Part shown: piece after piece, positions 12,690 to 24,950 of the stretch
Numbering within the stretch: position 1 is the first letter of the stretch
How the letters are laid out: each line of letters starts with the position of its first letter
DNA from: Phoronis australis
Lineage: Eukaryota; Animalia; Phoronida
Assembly (NCBI GenBank): GCA_002633005.1
Contig: NMRA01000214.1
Span: forward strand, 85,336 to 149,335
Length of the DNA stretch: 64,000 nucleotides
Direction: 5' to 3'
Program-made: the position numbers and the translations under genes
The notes under the pieces: generated by a model
The model's database searches: none
The model's input: the letters and a program-made list of their open reading frames with translations, nothing else
What the model was told of the DNA's origin: nothing

Positions 12690-13676
12690 CAGTGGCGGAT
12701 CTAGGATATCACAAGGGGGGGCCCAACATTTTGTCCGGCTGTAAGCATTTGCGCAAACCGAACCAAGATTGTAGGTGCGCATAGCACCGAATGGGGGGAG
12801 GTCGGGAGGGNNNNNNNNNNNNNNNNNNNNNNNNNNNNNNNNNNNNNNNNNNNNNNNNNNNNNNNNNNNNNNNNNNNNNNNNNNNNNNNNNNNNNNNNNN
12901 NNNNNNNNNNNNNNNNNNNNNNNNNNNNNNNNNNNNNNNNNNNNNNNNNNNNNNNNNNNNNNNNNNNNNNNNNNNNNNNNNNNNNNNNNNNNNNNNNNNN
13001 NNNNNNNNNNNNNNNNNNNNNNNNNNNNNNNNNNNNNNNNNNNNNNNNNNNNNNNNNNNNNNNNNNNNNNNNNNNNNNNNNNNNNNNNNNNNNNNNNNNN
13101 NNNNNNNNNNNNNNNNNNNNNNNNNNNNNNNNNNNNNNNNNNNNNNNNNNNNNNNNNNNNNNNNNNNNNNNNNNNNNNNNNNNNNNNNNNNNNNNNNNNN
13201 NNNNNNNNNNNNNNNNNNNNNNNNNNNNNNNNNNNNNNNNNNNNNNNNNNNNNNNNNNNNNNNNNNNNNNNNNNNNNNNNNNNNNNNNNNNNNNNNNNNN
13301 NNNNNNNNNNNNNNNNNNNNNNNNNNNNNNNNNNNNNNNNNNNNNNNNNNNNNNNNNNNNNNNNNNNNNNNNNNNNNNNNNNNNNNNNNNNNNNNNNNNN
13401 NNNNNNNNNNNNNNNNNNNNNNNNNNNNNNNNNNNNNNNNNNNNNNNNNNNNNNNNNNNNNNNNNNNNNNNNNNNNNNNNNNNNNNNNNNNNNNNNNNNN
13501 NNNNNNNNNNNAACACTAAAACTGCACACATTTAAATCTTTTTTCAACCGTATAATTTTAATTACCGGGGTTAATTAATAAACTCACCATTTCCCTACGC
13601 TCTTACTGTTTTATTCTTTGCGGCAGCCAAGGGGGGGGGAACCCGGGCCCCCTGGCCCCCCCTAAATCCGCCTATG
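12690..13676. mobile_element. hAT-type non-autonomous element ends flanking an assembly gap
   Basis: cagtggcggatctagg at 12690 and cctaaatccgcctatg ending at 13676, with G/C-run subterminals. A similar right end occurs at ~26090-26165. The ends may belong to different copies. Confidence 0.55.
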
Positions 13677-13779
13677 ATAGTCATCGCAGACTGAGGGCAA
13701 CTTCAATGCGCTTCTGGTCACCTAACCTGTGGTCAGTGTCACACCTTTATAGGATGTTCCATGTCCACCATCTGGCCCA

Positions 13780-14330
13780 CATTACCCGGAGATCACAGTT
13801 GTCCTCTTCCTGAGTTCCCTCGCATTCTATTATGAAATTGTGAAGTACGCAACAAGAAGCAACTTGGGGAATATGATCTTCCAAACGCATGCCTAAATAC
13901 TTCCTCTGACCTTGCACTTCAGAAGTCCAAGGCCTCGTTTTACTTCAACACGGGTTAGCGCGTGAGCTTTGTTGAACCTTTTTTCAATAATACAAGTAGC
14001 CATCATTCGTGAAGGGTGTCAACAAATGGACAGACAAAAGGTATGCTGAGTCACCCAGCAAGTGAAACTAAGTAGGAAGTTCCTCTACAATACTTGACAA
14101 AGGGCTGTTCCTGTACACTCTGGTATCATGCACTGACCCAAGCCATCCAGTAGGGTACATAAGTCAGTGAACTTCAAGCTGTGATCCACCACAACTTGTA
14201 GTACCATATTTGGCAGGCCTTGCGTGTTGATAAATGACCCTCTGTGTTCAGACTTAGGGACTGGCACAGGAATGTGATACCGTTCACGGCCTCGACACCA
14301 CGAAAGCCACAGCGTCTGCTGAACTTTGCC
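13780..14330 (-). mobile_element. Decayed PIF/Harbinger (HARBI1-like DDE_Tnp_4) transposase
   Basis: MVLQVVVDHSLKFTD, GSVHDTRVYRNS, HLLGDSAY, FNKAHALTRVEV, CCVLHNF, with frameshifts and stops. Confidence 0.88.
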
Positions 14331-14599
14331 GCATTAAGTTTTGTTCCCTTCGAGTACTTTCAAACTATTTTTACATTTAATACCTTCATTACAAAAGACA
14401 GGTACATATACAAATATGCACAACACAACACAAAACAACAACGTACAGAACGAGAGAAAACATTTCATTCTTGCTTCCAAGTTAAAAAGTACTACTTAAA
14501 TTTCTGCTCTATCATCTGGTCAGCTCTCTGGTTCCCTTCCTGTTTCAAAAACACATTTCCAGTGTTCCCAATTGTTTGTATCATTAAATTTCCGTGTGT

Positions 14600-15990
14600 T
14601 TCAAGAAGCAAGCACTTACATCTACATTAAAACACACCCTCAAAAAAATTTTAGACATTAAATTAGGTTTGATGTTAGCAAAGTTCATTTTAAAAATGAA
14701 AATTTTTGTTTATAAAAGGAACCAATCCAAAATTCTATTCTGTTCATTTGAAGACCAAATATAATGGTTGTTTTGTCTATTTCAAATTTTACCTGCATTG
14801 CAATCATTATCCAGAGACGTGCCCCATGAAAGAATTAACATATTTACATTCAAAGAATAAATGTTGTAGAGTTTCAGGAAAGTATTTACAAAAATACAAG
14901 CATTTGAGTCCATATATCTAATCTTATTTTTAAAATAATCAGTAGGTAGAATTCTATGCAGTAAGCGAAACTGAAAGAAAAGTAAGCTTGTGTCATCGGT
15001 ACATTCATGTGGAAATTTGTAATAGAAATTTCACATCTTCTCTGATTGCGAAAATCCCAATACTTCGAATTTCTTTTGTGCTGATGGTATTATTTTTGCA
15101 CAGAATATGGTAAGAATCCCGACATCCCTTTTTCGTCAAAATATTTTTAGAGAAAAAGGTACAAATGGTCCATATACCTTTTTGAGAATTAAGTTTTTGG
15201 AAAACATATCGCACATATTTTTCTTGCACAAACAATTGAATAATACTTGAGAAAGCTGACATTAATCTGATGCATCGTCTGGAAACTTTAAAAGGTGTAG
15301 AAGTTACCATTCCAATCTAAAACATCGTTCACAAATATTATACCTTTTTCAACGAATGACTCATAAATACAAGGGCTGTATTCCACCGTAATATTACTGT
15401 TGGAGCACACATTAATTGACACCTCATCTTCATGACTTGAAATAGTTTGTTTGTGAACTAAAATGCTCCAATACAGGAAGCATTCTTTCCAAAAAGAGTT
15501 ACAGTTATCCGATCTAGTTAACCTATAGTCTCCTTAGTTCAATATTCCATCTCTAGTAAGCCCGAAATCTTTTTGCAACAAATACGTCAATGGAGATGTT
15601 GTGAAAAAGAATCTTCTAATCCATGAAACATTAAATTTCCAGACATCAATTATCTTCAATCCAATTTAATGAGTACTCCTCTTTTTATTTTATCGGGTTT
15701 ACCGTCCCAAATGAATTTAAAAAACAAAGTTTCAATATTACCAAAAGTAATTTCATTGGGACTTGGGAGCAGCGTTAGCAGATGTATAATTTTTGGAAGC
15801 ACAAGGGTTTGTAATACTGTGCCCTTTCCAAATATAGTCAGCTTTCTACGAGACCGTATATTAATCAGATTCTTCATTTCCACTATTTTTGCATCAAAGT
15901 TATCTTTCGACATAGTTTCCAAGTTCACATTGAAATTAATACCCAGAAGCTTAAAATCAACGTCACCCCATTGTAGTTTCCAACGCGTGA
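14600..15990 (-). mobile_element. Decayed L1/Tx1-like LINE ORF2 3' half
   Basis: FKLLGINF, RKLTIFGKGTVLQTLVLPKIIHLL, FFKFIWDGKPDKIKRGVL, FQFRLLHRILPT and a C-terminal zinc-finger remnant (ETLQHLFFEC). Confidence 0.85.
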
Positions 15991-16589
15991 AACACTTCTT
16001 AAAGAGAATTTTCTACTTCCAATCCACCCTACTTTTGTCTTAGAATATCACTCATGTTAGCATCCTCACGAAGTAGATTCCCCACCATCTGTTTAAAATA
16101 TGACGTTTTTACGAGTTTTCGCGTTCCGTGCTTCAGTAAGAATAACGTAATGGGAAAGAGACACTATCGGCCTACAGCTAATTCTGGTCTAAACCTCTAG
16201 AAACTCGGCCCGTTTTACGGATCCTTTACTTCGCCAAGAGCTTTGTGCAATTGGTCAAGAAGCTTATTTATTATGGAATCTTATTATCTGAAGTACTGGT
16301 TTGTGGAGCAGACCAATTACTGCATTAGCAATGGCTGCATTGCAATAAAACATGGGCTTGAATAATTTGCTATATCGTGGACTAAAATTGTTTCGCTTCT
16401 GAAATTTATTTCACCGTAAAAGGCTAAGATCAGTTTACGTGAAAAAGGCGATCTAGTTATTCAAAATAGACGTGTTAGAATTAGGTACCCGATTATGATT
16501 TAACAGCTCGAAATGTCAAAATTGATTGAAGCCCGCACAGACGCTAACGTGATTTCGCAACCCTAAGGAGATCTGTGTAAAAGGCTTCT

Positions 16590-17180
16590 TGTTGGTCAGT
16601 TTTCGAGTAGAGTTTTGGGTACAAAAGATGAGACCCCTGTCTCTGGTTTTGTACACTAATAAAGATCCAGTTTTTCCAAGTGCGCAAGAAATCATTTCTA
16701 AGTAACGCAAATTTTGTTGATAGATTTTTAACAGAAAGTGGTCTATATTTAATTTTTTTAAAGCCATTAACTTATGTTTGAAAAACGCTCTTGGTTGTGA
16801 GGAGTCGTTCACCTCTGACAAGAGGACTTCCATTTCGTCGCGTGAATTGGTAGCCTCAAAGTCCGCACCAGACAGGAAAATCACAGATGTTCTGGTCATG
16901 GCAATTTGTAGCAAACAGCTTGATAATATATACCAATTCGAATGTGGGGTGAAACTTGTTAGGTGGGTGTTCATTTTTTTCATTTCAGTCATTCAGCCAC
17001 CTGTCTGGCTAGTAATAATGGATTAGAATTTTGAGAAATGAACTAAGGTCAAAGCATTAGATAACATTTCAGAAAGAATCTGGTGTGTTACTGAAAATTC
17101 TGTTGAAAATGGCCACAGGTAACTCAGATATGTGATGCCATGCGTAAAGTGTATGTATATCAACAGTTCGTGCAAAAAAC
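16590..17180 (+). repeat. Interspersed repeat, copy 1 (copy 2 at ~46912-47540)
   Basis: Colinear similarity, e.g. gttggtcagttttcgagtagagttttgggtacaaaa vs gttggtcagttttctagtagagttttgagtacaaaa, and tttcagtcattcagccacctgtctgg vs tttcagtcattcaggcagctgtctgg. Confidence 0.75.
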
Positions 17181-17389
17181 ACATAGAAACTCCAGCAAAG
17201 TTCTTGTTAACATTTTGTATTTACACATATACATGAGTCTAATGTTTCGACGAAGTTCAATTCCTCATTCTCAAAGAGTCCACCGAACCCAACAAAAGGG
17301 TCACAAGTAACAAAATCAACTGAGCCAAATCTCACTTGTAAAGCAGTGACAAACAAAGGTCAAACATAATCCCTGAACGGTGAGCTCAA

Positions 17390-18320
17390 CCGATCCCATG
17401 TCAGTAGTCTGGCCACGTCAAAACTGGTCATCAATGGAATATTAGATAGCGAACGGAGCTCTTCGACGAATTGGAACGAATCTTTCAAAACATAAGGGCT
17501 CTGCATAAGTGGAGTCAAAATTAGATTTAGAAACTTTGCCAGCCCAAAGGTGTATGTGCCGATACATAGAGCAATAGGTGTAAGGCGTACATCTGTTTTG
17601 TGTGTGCAGGCCATATAATCTAGCTGTATTAGAACCACTTGGTACAATTTGCTCGTAAGTTTCCTGATCAATACCGGCACATTTAGATTTCTTAAACTTA
17701 CACAGAAAATTCTCCCATAAACGTTCAGGTGTTTCTGTAGGACCAGATCGGAGTTTAAAGAATTTGAAATCGTTAGAGATAATATTAGATAATTTCTCTC
17801 TATATTTTGATCTATCCAAAACTGCAACACATCTACCCTTGTTTGGTTTACGAATTATAATGTCTTTGTTTTGTAATAACGAATTCATTTCCATTTTTTC
17901 TTCTGAAGACAAAATTTCCTCATTATTTGGATAATAATTGTAGAGGTATCTGTAGCGCAGTTCTTTACAACAATGCTTTACTCTTTGCCGTCAGAAGTAA
18001 TATACGTTGAAGCCTTGCGATAGAGGACTTCAAAGGATGATATCAATCACGTTGAGGCTTCGTGGAGGAACACTGAATTTAGTCCCCAGCCGAGAACAGA
18101 CTTTTCAGATTCTGATAGTGTGTGAGATGACTAGTTCACCACGACTCGATCCAGATGAATTCCAGTGTTGAAAATTCCTTTTTTCGCTTAAGTTCTCTAA
18201 CTTCTTGTTATAGCGAGATGTGATGGAATTTCTGTTTGCTGTCAAAGACAATATTAGCATCTGATGGATTGAAATCCACGTCAGAGACCCAACAGTATTG
18301 CATAGCTCTCTACAGAGAAT
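17390..18320 (-). mobile_element. Decayed Penelope-like element, RT N-terminal half
   Basis: NKDIIIRKPNKGRCVAVLDRSKY, PSGSNTARLYGL, GTYTFGLAKFL, KDSFQFVEEL, SFDVARL are characteristic PLE RT motifs; frameshifted. Confidence 0.88.
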
Positions 18321-20189
18321 GTTGCAATCGCTTTTAACCTTTTGTAATTACTACCTTTTATTGATTACCTCCATGTCACAGCTGATGGGATTCCCCGATT
18401 AAAGTAGATCGAGTCGATAGCACTGTTTATATTTTTGTTATCTTCGAGCGAAATATTTTGATTAAAAAATCAGGTTCATAGCTCAGGCACATACTCATGT
18501 TGTCCTTGACAAGCAGTTAGCTCCGGTACGTAAAATTAATCTATGGATGGCCGGAATTCAGTACACAACCATAAAGACATTTAAGTTAGGCCAACCTTCA
18601 TATTTTTGCGAGTTTCATTTCATAAAAGTAGCATTCATTTAATGTTAAACGTAGCATGATTACTAAGCTGTGGTATGGTTACAAAACACGACAAGTCTGG
18701 CGAATTGGCAAAAACTGTCGTTTACAAAAATGACTCAAATTCTTCTTTTAAAGCTTCATTTAAGTCCAAGTCTCATGTTTCAACAACTACAAAATGAGGT
18801 CTCCCTAACTCTACAGGCGTAGTATATACTAGAGTTACTCAACAACAAGTAATTCAACAGTTTATTTTTTCGTGACAACAGCTCGAACAAGGCTTTGATT
18901 TCAGTAATCTAGTGCCCTCCCTGTGCGGATGAATCTGTCAATTTTGGAAAGACGTTCAGTTGAACTCTAGCCTACAAGTATATTTTAATATTGTCAAAAT
19001 AACAAAAATATACCTCTGCCACGAAACAAGATGTCCAGTATAGGTCGAAATAAATGAACAATAACAAAAATGTCTTTAAAAACAACTATTTCCGGGGACT
19101 ACCGCTAGACAAGTGCAAGGATCCAGCAGATGCCAAAACAAAAGCAGCCAGACGAGTGAAACTCCGGAGTCAAAATCAGATAGGCCTACACTATAGCCAC
19201 CAAACTGAAAAGTACGTGTCTTGGCACAAATATATTTGTGTTTAACCTTCCAGTAATCCTGCAACATTGCCAAGTTCAGCTGCTGGGGTGGCCGTCCACA
19301 CAGATTGATCCATCGTTTACACAATCATCACTTTTAGGCTTAGGTAATGCCCAAAAAGTGACTCGGTATTCTATTCGGCTGTCAGAATTACACTCGCCAC
19401 ATCAACACCGTTTCACTATTGTTATCGCACAATTTCTAGAGCTATAGACTAAAATAAGCTTTACCAAACCTTTTGTTTTTTGGATAAAATGACGGTTTGG
19501 AAACGCAGACAAAGATGTGTCCAGAATGATATGTTCTGATTCGTCAGTTAAGCGGTCAGACATAATCCAGGCGATAGGTTAATTTCGGCAGTTGGGTTGG
19601 CGCAAGTTTGGTTTAGTGTTTTGCAGCCGATAAGATGCAAGGCGTGCGGATTTTTGCTTTGCACTACTTTGTTATTCGCCCATGCAATGAAATAACGTCC
19701 TCGGTGTTATTAAACTGACGTGACATAACACATTGCAGGTCATGTGAGAATTAATGTGGTTTCTTTTATCGATATCTGAGCTTTTGTCCGAAAATTGGCT
19801 CCGCTTGATAATGATATCATAATTAATTTCCTTGGGTGTCGCTGCTCAAGAATTAAAAATTGAGCAATTTTGTGGTTTTATCATGCTCACGTTTCTTCGA
19901 ACGTGCATATGATTTATCGAAACACTGGAGTCGCAGTTGTCACACATGTTATTAATCCTTGCTAACAAACAAGTTAACCATGTTTTGCATTTACGCTGTC
20001 ATTTTCTGGTACTGTGCGTTTTTCGCGTGGTCGTGTAAGTAGATGGTTAATTTTTAGTGCCCGTGAACCAATTAGCCCTAATTACATTCTCGTTAACAAA
20101 AGTTTCAAGTGGGAATTTTACAACTTGCAGTATAAGTACAGGAAACACTTCAGTTCAGGCTTTGCGACCTACGTAATACGAAGCTTGGA

Positions 20190-20349
20190 CTGGGTATCGA
20201 GCCTTCAAATAGGAATGATTGACTAAAAATGAGAGGTACGGGGCAGTGATGGGAGTTGTTTTCATGTTACCACTAAAAAGACGTGCTAATTAGTACACGT
20301 TCCGTGGTTGATCTCGCGTTATAAGCATTAATTATTGATCGTTTACGTT
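20190..20349 (+). repeat. Left copy of a 160-bp direct repeat (right copy 21289-21448) flanking a LINE: probable long TSD
   Basis: ctgggtatcgagcc...ttgatcgtttacgtt is present twice, with one visible mismatch (aattagtac/aattaatac). Confidence 0.9.
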
Positions 20350-21288
20350 TTTTTTTTCACTGTGATATATATTTATTGAAGGATACACAGAACATACAAA
20401 GAAATAATAACAAACCCAGAAACCGCGAAGCATTATATCTGGGTTGTAAACAATTCATAAATGAAACTTATATACATAGAGATATATACAATTAAGTAGT
20501 ATCTAAAATAAGTATTCCAATACTTAGACATGCTATTACAGATATATAAAAACAAAAATATTTACAGATTCATGNNNNNNNNNNNNNNNNNNNNNNNNNN
20601 NNNNNNNNNNNNNNNNNNNNNNNNNNNNNNNNNNNNNNNNNNNNNNNNNNNNNNNNNNNNNNNNNNNNNNNNNNNNNNNNNNNNNNNNNNNNNNNNNNNN
20701 NNNNNNNNNNNNNNNNNNNNNNNNNNNNNNNNNNNNNNNNNNNNNNNNNNNNNNNNNNNNNNNNNNNNNNNNNNNNNNNNNNNNNNNNNNNNNNNNNNNN
20801 NNNNNNNNNNNNNNNNNNNNNNNNNNNNNNNNNNNNNNNNNNNNNNNNNNNNNNNNNNNNNNNNNNNNNNNNNNNNNNNNNNNNNNNNNNNNNNNNNNNN
20901 NNNNNNNNNNNNNNNNNNNNNNNNNNNNNNNNATAATATCACAATAATCAATGTGTGGAAGTACAAAGGACTTGAACAAAACTTCTAAATGTGTAGAATT
21001 CAGATGACGAGAGACAAGCTTAAGTGGGTTAATTAGTTCCTGAGTTTTTTGTACGAGCTCCCGAACGTGAGGGGTGAATGAGAGTTTTTCATCTAACAGT
21101 ATACCCAGATGTCTGTGCGACTGTTTTCTAGGAATGATTTCATCATTAAGTTTAAGGTCATAAGACGGGTCAACAAGGAAGAGAGCATTAATAGATTTGG
21201 AGAAGGTAAGGTCAACGCTTTTTTCTGGTTTAAAATTCATTCTCCATTCTTGTGACCAGTAGCTTAGTTTATTTAAGTCGAGTTGAAG
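20350..21288 (-). mobile_element. 5'-truncated CR1/L2-group LINE with AATAAA and short poly(A) tail
   Basis: LQLDLNKLSYWSQEWRMNFKPEKS, HRHLGILLDEKLSFTPHV, FKSFVLPHIDYCD. The 3' end reads T-run + ...tttattg on + at 20348-20378. There is an internal N gap. Confidence 0.88.
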
Positions 21289-21700
21289 CTGGGTATCGAG
21301 CCTTCAAATAGGAATGATTGACTAAAAATGAGAGGTACGGGGCAGTGATGGGAGTTGTTTTCATGTTACCACTAAAAAGACGTGCTAATTAATACACGTT
21401 CCGTGGTTGATCTCGCGTTATAAGCATTAATTATTGATCGTTTACGTTACGTCAAATTGCTTGAACAAATCGTAGCGTTAGTCATCCTCCATTGTGTTTA
21501 TAGTGAAAAGTTGTCAGAGTGCTGTTAGTTTTCCCGTGATTTATAGTAAACTAAAGAACAGTTAGGCGTTTGTGATGGTTGTGACAACTCAGCATTTGAG
21601 CCCACTGTGGCTCTTTTTACCTTCCTGCGGGACATCCGAAAAGCGCGTATATGATTCAAGTTTGTACAACGAACTTGCGTGTGAGACAGTAGAACAAGCT

Positions 21701-21794
21701 ATGCTGGCGGCCTCGGTGATCCTCCCTGGTCATTTTGATAGTCTTGTCTCGATACTTTTACGCTTACCCACTTCAGTCTGGGGTTCAGCAAAAT
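21701..21794 (+). CDS. Alternative candidate leader exon (MLAASVILPGHFDSLVSILLRLPTSVWG-SAK) for the + strand Ig gene
   Basis: ATG at 21701 and a consensus phase-1 donor t|GTAAGT. Splicing to 34275 would give SAK-YGP, like the YGP/FGP/VGP starts of the other Ig exons. Confidence 0.4.
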
Positions 21795-23449
21795 GTAAGT
21801 ACCCTAGAATGTGAGGAAAGATAAGGAAAAAACATCAATTTCATAATGCAAATGTCAGCCCCGACGTGTGATTTTGACAACTACATGTAGGCTTGTTTCT
21901 TTGCTTCCTTGCCTTGTGAAAGTAGCTCACTACATTTTTCTTGATTAAAGTTTGACTGAATTACTATCTGATGGCTTCTACAGTTACCGCAGGCATTCAC
22001 AACAAGGAATTTTATATCGCTGTGAGATCTGGAGCTTCTGTTTTTGTGTTACTACGAGACGTCAAGGCGAATTCGAGAGGTCAGATGTGCGACCTACTTT
22101 TGAGGCACTAGAACAGATCGGTGTCTTTGTTGAAGTTTCTGAAATGCGAGTCATAACGAGTGATTTCGTGGGAACCATTTCTAGCTGTTTCAATTGCTAT
22201 GACACAACGCAAGAACCGTCAAGCGAGTAGTCAGGTTAGGGGTAAGTTCATACGTCACACTCATGACCGCGGAACTAAGAAACTTTCAACCAGAATTCTT
22301 CTTTTCTCGCGTTTTTGTACTATTGACTTCACGGTTGTGATGTGCAGTACAATAAAGGAAAATTTAATGAGGTTAACAATGTTGTCGCTACCCTAAACAG
22401 GGTGAACGGTGGTTATAAGCACTTGAATGCTTGTTTACACTCACCGCCACACACATGTCACAATTAAAAGAATGCGTTAAGTCATGCCAATACTATGTTC
22501 TATTCAGGGAATAACCCTGATGAAACCAAAGTCAAACCATCGTGAAAGTTTGACTGTACCTAAAACAATATCCTAGACAATCCCAAAGTATTAGAGTCTC
22601 ATGAAAAAGAGTGGGGTGCGTCGAAAAGAAAATTCTTCTTTGTGAAAGATAGTCTCCGTCATTGCTCTATCAAAACTGTAATGCTGGGTGTACTGCTTTT
22701 TGTGCGAAGGTTTGTTTTTCGTATTCACGCTACTTTTATTCGCTGAAGTGCGTCTGGGCAAGCCGTCTCCTGAATCGCAGCTTCAACATTGAAAAAATCG
22801 ATGCATGTATTAAGTAGAACTTTAACTACTGTGCTTCAACAGTGGCATATCAATTGAAACGGCTAAAAAATTCAGTATCGTGTTCCTTGTTTTGTTGATA
22901 TGGTATTAGATGATTCCAGTTTTCTATAGTTCCAGGCTGTACAATGTTTGCCAATGCAACCAAGGTGTTAAGGTATGGATTCTTCCCAATTACAATATAT
23001 AATAGCTGATTTTACCGCTGAGTTTACCGCTCATCCATTAAATATTCACGACTTGGCCAGTGTAACAGTGCGACATCTGCCGTATGTTGCACTAAGACAT
23101 GTGTTGCTTACAGTGTCTTGATTCGCCACATCTTTGGTTTTGTTATCTATATGTTGCAAATACGACATTTACACGTTTCCACTGTCGTAAATTGGAACTT
23201 TTGGTTATGGCAAGCGATGACCTTCGCAACACAACATGATGGGCTACAGGGTAAAAGCAACAGGGTTGTCATTGGAGCTCGATACGCGAGACTGTAACCT
23301 CTCTGAAGCGTGGTCAGTGGAAAATGGTGAATCAGACACTGCCAAGATGAATCGGTCACTGTCCGTGATTGACAAGGAAGGAATCTGCGTCGCACCTGAA
23401 GTGAGGTACTTCTGCAAATGAGCTAATTTTTTCATCTTGGTGTTCGCCT

Positions 23450-24950
23450 ATTCTTCCCTTCGGAGCACGGCATTGCCTTCAATCTTTTTATACTCATAAG
23501 TACAAGGCTCATAGTTTGGGGCGAGCTTATTTGATCTGCGTACCTGCTTGAGAAGTGTTAAAACTGGCTCTAAGATATGGCTCGGTCAAAGCAGTTTGGT
23601 CATTGCTTTTCGTTGTCTTAAAATGCTCCATTCCTCTTCCTGCCATTGATTGCTGCAAACCTGGGTAACCTTTCTTGCAACGTTCCACTCATGAGTAACT
23701 CCTGTCACTGTATTTGGTGTGACGCTATAATCGAACGATTCAGATAGGGCTGATCTACAGTCTGTTTCCTATTTCTCTGAGCCTCTGGTGACCTTAATTA
23801 TTCTCTGATTGAACAGCTCCACGGCTCCAATGGACTGAGGCCTTTTTGTGGTCTACACCGACATTCTGCAAGAAAGCCTCGATCAGTTCAGAGGTGAATG
23901 GTGATTCATTGTCACGGCAGACGGTGTAGGGTAAACTATGCCCGTAAATGCCGACTCGAATGTTTTGATCACTCTCGTAGCACCAGCCTTCTGAGATTGA
24001 TTACCTAGAGCCACATGGGAAAGTAATCAGCAATTGCCAGATAGAGAGCTCGCTGTGGAATTTCCATCAAGTCAATCGAAATGTCGTTACACGGTGCACG
24101 AGGAATCACTTTGGGACAACTAGGTTTGGGACTCAAACTTTTACTCAACAACTGTCGGGGATGATGTGTCTTGATGAGGGCCTCAACTTGTTAAGCCATG
24201 TTGGGGCATCAAACTTTACTTCAAAAGCGTGATTTAATTCAACAATTCCTTGATGACCCCCATGCGTAAGCTGCAAAGCTTTGGACTTACCACGCAATTT
24301 CTACGTACATATACCATTGTTTAACCGCAGAGACACGTTTCGTCATTGAATGCTCTGAACCTTGGCTTCGGTTTCTAGAAATGTTCATCAAAACCGAGAA
24401 AACGGGACACAACAGAGAATGTAGTATCTAGAGCTGACAAACTTTCAACCTCTATAGGAGAGACTGCACAATCTTAGGAAACAACCAAAGCTGCGCTGTA
24501 GGCAAGTCATAGTCTGGTTGTGATCGCTCGGATTTAGGTACTTCGCTGAATCCCATCGTACACCAAGAGTGCCCTCTTTGAAACTGCGAGTAGCGTTGTT
24601 CAATTAGGGAAAGCTCTCAACTTACTTAGCTCGCGATTATGTGGTCACCATCTGATTGTTGCTGAGTTTCCTAATAAAGCTATTGGCATGGCCAGGTGAA
24701 GTCCCTAACACATCCTACAAACGTCTCACTCCCCCCCGCCCCTTCTCCCGCCACAATTCTTTACACCAACAGCTAAATTGTTTTGCTAGTTGAAATCGAT
24801 CTAAAAGCCCTTTTGTACTTAATTCCGGTCTGCGCAGAGTGTCGACATGAACTGCGAAGTTAATTGAACCGTTTATACCAGCTTTGGATGTCTAAGTAAA
24901 CTGTATCTGACGATGTTGTCATCGAAGAAATCGCAAAGTAGTGCAGATGT
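23450..24950 (-). mobile_element. Highly decayed Ty3/Gypsy pol remnant (RT/RNase H/integrase)
   Basis: FSKLDIQSWY (RT), EQRYSQFQREGTLGVRW (RNase H), LQLTHGGHQGIV...SKV*CPNMA*QVEALIKT (integrase Zn-binding). Many stops; boundaries approximate. Confidence 0.75.

Noticed and set aside
12630-13578. Long ORFs spanning 12.6-13.6 kb (similarly 20530-20988)
   Set aside because: They consist almost entirely of N-gap codons.
23147-23435. Short ORFs considered as an additional receptor exon
   Set aside because: No Ig Cys pattern or phase-1 splice pair; they adjoin the Gypsy remnant.
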